Source of the DNA: Copranaerobaculum intestinale
Lineage (GTDB): Bacteria > Bacillota_I > Bacilli_A > Erysipelotrichales > Erysipelotrichaceae
Assembly (NCBI RefSeq): GCF_009831105.1
Contig: NZ_WUUQ01000001.1
Coordinates: 480,001-512,000, forward strand
DNA: 32,000 nucleotides
Direction of reading: 5' to 3'
Shown: positions 26,396 through 32,000 of the stretch, piece after piece
Layout of the letters: every line of letters begins with the position of its first letter
Numbering within the stretch: position 1 is the stretch's first letter
Made by a program: the position numbers and the translations under genes
Notes under the pieces: model-generated
What the model saw: only the letters and a program-made list of their open reading frames with translations
What the model was told of the DNA's origin: nothing
Databases searched by the model: none

Positions 26396-27244
26396 ATGAA
26401 AAAGCGTACAGCTACGATCATAAAAATTGGTGCAGGTGTTGCCGTAGCGGCAGCGGCTGTGTTTATGATCAGCAATTTTGTGGGAGGAAAAGTAGAAAAA
26501 GCAACACAGTCAAGCTATGAAATGTATTCAGCGGTCCCGGCAGAGCGGATCGATTTGGAAACGTACACAAGGGGAAGCGGCTTATTCACATCGTTTAATA
26601 CATCGCAGCTGAAGGTTGATGAGGGCTCCAAGATTACTCAGCGTTATGTGAATGACGGCGAGGCGGTAAAAGCAAATCAGAATGTTTTTCTGACAAGCAA
26701 CGGATATGAAAGCAGTTATATAAAAACACCGATTTCCGGATTATTTTTTGAAAAGCAGGGAGAGTCCAACACTTCGACCTATGAGGTATACGATATAACC
26801 GATACCGGTATTATGATCCAGGTATCGGAGTCCAATGTAGCAAAAATGCAGATCGGTCAAACGGCAAAAGTTTTATTTACAGCCATTGATAAAGAACTGG
26901 ACGGTAAAGTCAGCTATATTTCTAAGGTCGCGGAAAATGGCAGTTTTCCGGTGCGAATTTCAGTCCCGTACAGTGAAGATCTTCGCTTTGGCTATAATGC
27001 TTCGGTAAAAATCATTACCGCATCCAAACAGCAGGCTTTATGTGTACCTTATAATGCTGTTATGTTTGATGGTGATAAAGCCTATGTGGTAAAGAAGAAG
27101 CATTTAAAAGCAGTTAATAAGGACGGAAACATCACCGATGATATGAAAACTTATATCAAAGTCGGCGTCAGTGACAATGATTATGTAGAAGTGCTGGAAG
27201 GCTTGAATGAAAACGATCAGATTTTGATGGGAAATTATTACTGA
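26396..27244 (+). CDS. HlyD/MFP-family periplasmic-adaptor-like subunit of an ABC efflux system (YknX/MacA-like)
   Basis: N-terminal TM anchor. Lipoyl/beta-barrel-type motifs (V.DGEAVKANQ, IGQTAKV, V.YIS, CVPYNAV, VKVGVSDNDYVEVLEGL). GAGGAGG SD. Confidence 0.82.
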   Translation: MKKRTATIIKIGAGVAVAAAAVFMISNFVGGKVEKATQSSYEMYSAVPAERIDLETYTRGSGLFTSFNTSQLKVDEGSKITQRYVNDGEAVKANQNVFLTSNGYESSYIKTPISGLFFEKQGESNTSTYEVYDITDTGIMIQVSESNVAKMQIGQTAKVLFTAIDKELDGKVSYISKVAENGSFPVRISVPYSEDLRFGYNASVKIITASKQQALCVPYNAVMFDGDKAYVVKKKHLKAVNKDGNITDDMKTYIKVGVSDNDYVEVLEGLNENDQILMGNYY

Positions 27245-27930
27245 TGATTACCTTGAAGCATGTCAGTAAAGTCTACCAGCCAAGCCGTGATGTTAAAGTA
27301 ACCGCGCTTTCGGATATCAATCTGCAGATCGATGAAAATGAGGATATAGCGATCATTGGTAAATCCGGAAGCGGAAAGTCTACCCTGATGAATCTGATCA
27401 CTTGCATTGACACGATCAGTGAGGGGGAATATATATTAAAAGGAATTGATGTCAGAAGTCGCAGCCGTACCCAGCTCGCAGTGCTTCGCAATCAGCATTT
27501 TGGCTTCATATATCAGAACTTCAATTTACTGAATCATTTAAACGCTTATGAAAATATTGAACTGCCGCTGATTTATGCACAAATAAAAAAGAATGAACGT
27601 GATATGAAGGTAAAAACAATAGCGGAAAAAGTTGGTATCCTAGATCGGCTGGATCATCGTCCAAGTGAATTGAGCGGTGGGGAAAAGCAGCGGGTAGCGA
27701 TTGCCCGAGCGTTGATTAATGATCCGGAAATCATAATTGCGGATGAACCGACGGGAGCATTGGATGAACAGACCGGGAAACAGATTATTGCCATATTAAA
27801 GGGGCTACATGAGCAAGGAAAAACAGTGATCATGGTTACTCATGACATGGATATTGCCGCTCTTTCCAAGCGTCGTATTACGCTCGCGGATGGACGGATC
27901 ATCGGGGATGAACAGGGGGTGCAGGCATGA
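27244..27930 (+). CDS. ABC transporter ATP-binding protein (MacB/LolD/YknY type)
   Basis: Walker [11 protein letters not shown]-loop, [30 protein letters not shown]. 1-nt overlap with the adaptor gene. Confidence 0.92.
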   Translation: MITLKHVSKVYQPSRDVKVTALSDINLQIDENEDIAIIGKSGSGKSTLMNLITCIDTISEGEYILKGIDVRSRSRTQLAVLRNQHFGFIYQNFNLLNHLNAYENIELPLIYAQIKKNERDMKVKTIAEKVGILDRLDHRPSELSGGEKQRVAIARALINDPEIIIADEPTGALDEQTGKQIIAILKGLHEQGKTVIMVTHDMDIAALSKRRITLADGRIIGDEQGVQA

Positions 27931-29234
27931 CCATATTTTTAGAAACGGTAAAAATGGTCGGAAAAGTGTTTCGATCCAATAAACTTCGTACATTCTTGAC
28001 CATGTTGGGAATTATTGTCGGCATCTTCTCGGTTACGATGATCTTTGCGGTATCGGATGGAACCAAGGATAAAATATCAAAAGAATTCATGGAAATGGAT
28101 AAAACATCGATTACGCTGACGTTTAATGATAAATATGATCAGTCCTCGGGGCAGCTGCAGGAAAAAACCACACCGCCATATGAAGCTCTGCAGAAGCTCA
28201 GCAGATCATCGAAGATCATCACCAATGTCACGGTATCATCCCCGCGCACCTGGAAGGAAGCACAAGAAAAATTGATGCAGGATGCACTGGAAAGCGGTAT
28301 CGATTCTAACGACCCCAATGCCATGTATCAACAGGGAAACGGTGATGAAGGCGCCAGTCAGGTCAACGCAGTCGGTTATGACTTCTTCGGGGTGAGGGAA
28401 AAGCTGAGTACTAAGGTTATCGCTGGCCGGCTGTTTACAAAGTTTGATGAACAGAATCAGGCTTACTTTGCGGTCATCAGCGATCAGATTGCGGCTGAAA
28501 AATTCGGTTCGCCGAAGGCTGCCGTGAATCGTACGCTCATGATCAATAATATTTCTTATAAGATCATCGGGGTCCTTCAGCGAAACAGTGATCAGGGTAC
28601 CGGCCCTTGGGATGAACAGTATGTATATCCTGCATACATCCTGCATTCCACACAGCAGAATCAGGTGTCGGATGAGAATCGCTATTTTTCTGAAGAATAT
28701 ATTCTGAAAGTAAAGGCGACAAAGGATCGTGATCAAGCGAAGCAGGAGGTTACTGAAGTATTAAGCAACTATATGCAGAAAGATCAATACAATATCAATA
28801 TGGGCTTTGGTGACAATCAGGAAGCAACCAATAATATTATGGATTTGGTTACCATGGTGTTTGCGGGAATTGCCGGTCTGTCCTTAATCGTCGGCGGTAT
28901 CGGTATCATGAATATCATGCTCGTATCGGTCAATGAACGAATCAAAGAAATCGGGATACGCCAAGCGCTTGGAGCACGCCGCTGGCATATTCTGATGCAG
29001 TTTCTTGTGGAAGCGATAGCGCTGACGCTGATTGCCGGGGTGCTTGGTATGATATTGGCACAAGTTGCCGTGTCCTGGCTGAATACTCAGCATTTGGGGA
29101 TTGTATTAGCAGTCAATATCAAAATAATGATTGCCGTAACCTTGTTCTGTACTGCGGTCGGAGTTCTGTTTGGTTATTACCCGGCAAATAAGGCAAGCAA
29201 ATTAAATATTGCCGATGCGCTGCGCTATGAATAA
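27927..29234 (+). CDS. ABC transporter permease, MacB-like extracytoplasmic domain plus FtsX fold (YknZ-like)
   Basis: N-terminal TM (RTFLTMLGIIVGIFSV), an extracytoplasmic domain of about 250 aa and a C-terminal FtsX block (GGIGIMNIMLVSVNERIKEIGIRQALGA...YPANKASKLNIADALRYE). ATGA overlap with the ATPase gene. Confidence 0.9.
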   Translation: MTIFLETVKMVGKVFRSNKLRTFLTMLGIIVGIFSVTMIFAVSDGTKDKISKEFMEMDKTSITLTFNDKYDQSSGQLQEKTTPPYEALQKLSRSSKIITNVTVSSPRTWKEAQEKLMQDALESGIDSNDPNAMYQQGNGDEGASQVNAVGYDFFGVREKLSTKVIAGRLFTKFDEQNQAYFAVISDQIAAEKFGSPKAAVNRTLMINNISYKIIGVLQRNSDQGTGPWDEQYVYPAYILHSTQQNQVSDENRYFSEEYILKVKATKDRDQAKQEVTEVLSNYMQKDQYNINMGFGDNQEATNNIMDLVTMVFAGIAGLSLIVGGIGIMNIMLVSVNERIKEIGIRQALGARRWHILMQFLVEAIALTLIAGVLGMILAQVAVSWLNTQHLGIVLAVNIKIMIAVTLFCTAVGVLFGYYPANKASKLNIADALRYE

Positions 29235-29274
29235 TCATCGGTAACCGTATAAATTCTATAAATAAAAAAAGATA

Positions 29275-29322
29275 GAAAAAAACATCTCGGTCGGCTATGA
29301 CGGTCAAGGAGATGTTTTTTTG
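29275..29322. terminator. probable bidirectional terminator between the permease gene and the AraC-family gene
   Basis: AACATCTC ... GAGATGTT 8-9 bp stem with a long (about 19-nt) loop, flanked by A6 and T7 tracts. Confidence 0.5.
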
Positions 29323-29359
29323 TAGTCAATGCTTATATCCTGCGGAAAAAAGCGGCTCT

Positions 29360-30532
29360 TTAATTATAAATTGTTTTTGCGTAATCCGTAGGCGTAATGC
29401 CGTATTGCTGTTTAAATTTACGGGAAAAGTAATGAATGCTTGTAAAACCTAATTTGGAAGAAATTTCAGATATGGTATAAACCGATTCCTTAATCAGCAG
29501 CTTGCTTTTATTGAGTTTCAGGTCACTGATATATTGTTTCGGCGCCATATTCAGATTGTTTTTGAACAGTGTTTGCAGGGAAGAGCGACTGATCGAGAAT
29601 TTATGACAGATTTCTTCAATTGTAAGTGATTCATATATATTTTCATTAATATAGATCAGCACTTCATTCAGCAATTCATTTTCAAAGCGCTGCTGCATCG
29701 GTGTGGAAGCGATCGGCGTGCTGGAAGTGAAATCATATTGCAGGATCTTGACGATCAGCTCTTTTAAATAGCATAACAGCAATTCACTGTCATACATAAT
29801 TTCGTTGTTTGATATTTTAATAAAATTGTTCAACGCATTATGCATATCGCGGTTTGCGGTATACACACGGTTGGTTATGCGTTCGGGGTCCTTTAAATCC
29901 ATATCGAACAAAATGGTCAAATAAGAGCAGGATTGGTGGGAAGCGGTGCTTTGTGTATGAAACTGATTGGGTGCGTACAGCACCAGATCAAAGTTATTCA
30001 GCTTAAATACCTCACCGTCTACCGTGGTATCGAGGATACCGTTGTCGATGAAGGAAAGCTCCCAGAAATCGTGCTTCTCGCCGGGGAATACATAGTTGGC
30101 GTTGCGTACCTGATAGTAATAGCCATAGATTTCTTTAATTGTGAAGTTGGGTACCAGGCGTTCATAATGCACCGGCATTTTGCCGTAGGTGGGCACAGAG
30201 GTCCGCTTAGCGCCGATTTCGGTAATCAGCTCAACTTTTGAAGAATTGGATATGCTGATGAAGTTAAACTTCACGCCTTTCTTTATTTTAATGATGCGGT
30301 GGATCACAAATTTATCATAATTGGAGGCATCCTCATCCAAGGAAACTACGAGCATAACGATGCCGGATGTGACCTTTACATACGTATCACAACTGTAAAC
30401 GTTGTAGGAAGAGATGCTCTTTTCTTTCAGCCGAATGATGTTATGAGACATTTTAATCGACTGCCGCTTGTTGATTTCACTGATGATTTCACCATATTTA
30501 TTGAATATAAAACTGGTTGTACGATTAAACAT
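29360..30532 (-). CDS. AraC/XylS-family transcriptional regulator with a cupin-type sensor and an extra N-terminal region
   Basis: C-terminal double HTH (ICHKFSISRSSLQTLFK ... ISEISSKLGFTSIHYFSRKFKQQYGITPTDY), central cupin (FPGEKHDFWELSFIDNG...LYAPNQFH) and about 110 additional N-terminal residues. GAGGTGA SD. The gene is visibly AT-rich. Confidence 0.88.
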   Translation of the reverse strand: MFNRTTSFIFNKYGEIISEINKRQSIKMSHNIIRLKEKSISSYNVYSCDTYVKVTSGIVMLVVSLDEDASNYDKFVIHRIIKIKKGVKFNFISISNSSKVELITEIGAKRTSVPTYGKMPVHYERLVPNFTIKEIYGYYYQVRNANYVFPGEKHDFWELSFIDNGILDTTVDGEVFKLNNFDLVLYAPNQFHTQSTASHQSCSYLTILFDMDLKDPERITNRVYTANRDMHNALNNFIKISNNEIMYDSELLLCYLKELIVKILQYDFTSSTPIASTPMQQRFENELLNEVLIYINENIYESLTIEEICHKFSISRSSLQTLFKNNLNMAPKQYISDLKLNKSKLLIKESVYTISEISSKLGFTSIHYFSRKFKQQYGITPTDYAKTIYN

Positions 30533-30750
30533 AAAATCTCACCTCAATATCTATGTACAGTATAGCAAAAACCGCTTTCGGGGAACAGTAGATTGATTGC
30601 ACTATTTGAAAATAATTATATAAAGTTAAATTAAAAAGTGCAAATGTAAAGAGGAATGTAAAAAAATAGCAGATTTTGAAAATTTGTAAGATTTGATGAT
30701 AGTATGTGAAACAGCAGAATCTCATAAAAAAACTAACTTTCTATGGTTTT

Positions 30751-30769
30751 TATCACACAATATCACACA
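30751..30769 (+). repeat. tandem direct repeat TATCACACA-a-TATCACACA (10-bp phasing) in the AraC/PTS divergent control region
   Basis: Read directly: copies at 30751-30759 and 30761-30769, followed by TTCACC. Confidence 0.7.
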
Positions 30770-31019
30770 TTCACCTTACATAGTAGCGAAATATAGACAT
30801 TTTTGTCATGGATATGTACATTTTGTAAAAAGCCCTTACATTTGGATATAAAATGGTTGCAGATTACTAAAAAGTATAAAATGAATCATAAAAAGTGTAA
30901 AGAAATCGCTTACTCCTTGTCATAGAATTTAAACGAACTAAAGGGTTTACTTGTTGATCCGGCTCATCACGGATCGGTAACGTTAAGTTCATGTTGAAAG
31001 ATAGAAGGGAGAGAGCAAA

Positions 31020-31496
31020 ATGCCAAATATCGTTTTGACAAGAATCGACAACCGTCTGATTCATGGACAGGTCGCTACACAGTGGTGCGGCGTTGTCGGA
31101 GCAAATTTACTGCTTGTAGCCAATGACAAGGTTGCTGGGGATGAATTCCGCCAGGGGCTGATGAACATGGCTGCACCGGCTTACGCACAGACAAGATTCT
31201 TCACCATTGAAAAAACCTGTGCAATTATTGACAAAGCCAGCCCGGCTCAGAAGATCGCAATCATCTGCGAGACACCGCAGGATGTATTGAGATTAGTCGA
31301 GGGTGGTGTTCCAATCAAGAAGGTGAACATCGGAAACATGCACATGGCTGATGGCAAACGTCAGGTTGCCACATCAGTAGCGGTAGATGATGATGATGTA
31401 GCTACTTTCAAGAAACTTCAGGAGTTAGGTGTGGAACTGGAAATCAAACGAGTTCCTGATACACCGACAGAAAATCTGGAGAAATTGTTTAGATAG
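31020..31496 (+). CDS. PTS mannose/sorbose/GalNAc-family EIIB component
   Basis: MPNIVLTRIDNRLIHGQVATQW with the phospho-His of the IIB(Man) family. About 158 aa. GAAGGGAGAGAG SD. Confidence 0.92.
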   Translation: MPNIVLTRIDNRLIHGQVATQWCGVVGANLLLVANDKVAGDEFRQGLMNMAAPAYAQTRFFTIEKTCAIIDKASPAQKIAIICETPQDVLRLVEGGVPIKKVNIGNMHMADGKRQVATSVAVDDDDVATFKKLQELGVELEIKRVPDTPTENLEKLFR

Positions 31497-31535
31497 GAGA
31501 TTCAAGGCTTTACAATTTGAAGGGAGAAATAATAT

Positions 31536-32000
31536 ATGGATATTATTCAGATTATCCTGCTTGCAGTTCTGACTTTCATCATTGCAATTGACCAGTTCTC
31601 ATTAACTGAAATTATTTCCCGTCCAATCATCAACTGTACGTTGATCGGATTGATTCTGGGAGATATGAAAACTGGATTAATGCTTGGTGGTACTTATGAA
31701 CTCGCCATGGTAGGAAACATGCCAGTAGGCGGAGCTCAGCCGCCTAACGCGATCCTTGGTGGTATCGTTGCGATGGTATTCGCCGTTAAATCCGGTTTAG
31801 GAATCAATGCTGCAATCGGTGCTTGTATGATCTTCGCACTGTTTGGACAGTATGTAGTAACACTGACATTCACAATCATGTCAGGATTTATGGCAAAAGC
31901 TGACAAAGCGGCAGCTAATGCAGATCCAAAGGGAATCAGAAATGTTAACTTGATTTCTATGTGTATCTTGGGTGGTTTATTTGCAGCTTTAGCTGTAGCA
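31536..32000 (+). CDS. PTS mannose/sorbose/GalNAc-family EIIC component (3' end beyond the window)
   Basis: Not in the ORF track because no stop is reached. ATG 31536 is 9 nt after GAAGGGAG. My translation is MDIIQIILLAVLTFIIAIDQFSLTEIISRPIINCTLIGLILGD...GAQPPNAILGGIV, hydrophobic and IIC(Man)-like. The frame stays open to base 32000. Confidence 0.85.
   Translation, partial: MDIIQIILLAVLTFIIAIDQFSLTEIISRPIINCTLIGLILGDMKTGLMLGGTYELAMVGNMPVGGAQPPNAILGGIVAMVFAVKSGLGINAAIGACMIFALFGQYVVTLTFTIMSGFMAKADKAAANADPKGIRNVNLISMCILGGLFAALAVA

Noticed and set aside
28236-28736. 166-aa minus-strand ORF inside the ABC permease gene; the minus-strand ORF at 21480-21956 inside the GNAT gene is similar.
   Set aside because: These are shadow ORFs antisense to genes with clear family motifs, with no SD or homology signal.
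30881-30925. 14-codon micro-ORF (MNHKKCKEIAYSLS) in the AraC/PTS intergenic region as a possible leader peptide.
   Set aside because: It has no SD upstream. AT-rich DNA produces such short ORFs by chance, and I saw no attenuator-like alternative hairpins around it.
1-32000. Scan for CRISPR arrays, IS elements or transposases, integrases, tRNA/rRNA genes, riboswitch-like or T-box leaders, and known defence-system hallmarks (helicase-nuclease pairs, TIR, STAND, reverse transcriptase and similar).
   Set aside because: I recognised none by eye. The only long non-coding stretches are 26044-26395 and 30533-31019, reported above. A covariance-model scan (Infernal/Rfam, tRNAscan) and a DefenseFinder/PADLOC run would be needed to exclude them formally.

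Overview
This looks like a chromosomal segment from a low-GC Gram-positive bacterium (Bacillota). The evidence is strong GGAGG-type ribosome-binding sites and the presence of hprK, rapZ-yvcK-whiA and lgt. I call 34 protein-coding genes, 32 of them on the + strand. I saw no rRNA, tRNA, CRISPR array, transposase or integrase.

Bases 1-20.4 kb are a compact housekeeping core:
- prfB (5' end outside the window)
- ftsE, ftsX, a coiled-coil M23 peptidase, a FemAB-family transferase and an S41 C-terminal protease
- uvrB, then a four-gene insert (AI-2E-family transporter, CotJC-type Mn catalase, single-domain MGMT-family protein, small zinc-ribbon protein), then uvrA
- hprK and an lgt::HAD-phosphatase fusion
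- trxB, rapZ, yvcK and whiA

As I recall the Bacillus subtilis map, this order is a condensed version of its prfB...whiA region.

Bases 20.4-32 kb are accessory-like:
- a membrane-anchored protein with a degenerate staphylococcal-nuclease-like core
- an XRE regulator
- a small membrane protein plus a short Eis-like GNAT
- an AT-rich islet holding a GyrI-like fragment, a lipoprotein and a convergent membrane protein
- a GalNAc/GalN-type (aga) locus, agaS-EIIA-yajC ... EIIB-EIIC, physically split by a YknXYZ/MacAB-like efflux module and a long, AT-rich AraC-family regulator gene

I found no recognisable defence, toxin-antitoxin or mobile system, and nothing I can defend as a clearly novel system. 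The best leads are:
- the repair/stress insert between uvrB and uvrA
- two stacked perfect palindromes, one of which encloses the Shine-Dalgarno (SD) sequence of the zinc-ribbon gene
- the Lgt-HAD fusion
- the orphan genes downstream of whiA
- the repeat-dense 487-bp control region between the AraC gene and the PTS genes

All functional calls come from reading the translations against family motifs from memory. No searches were run.
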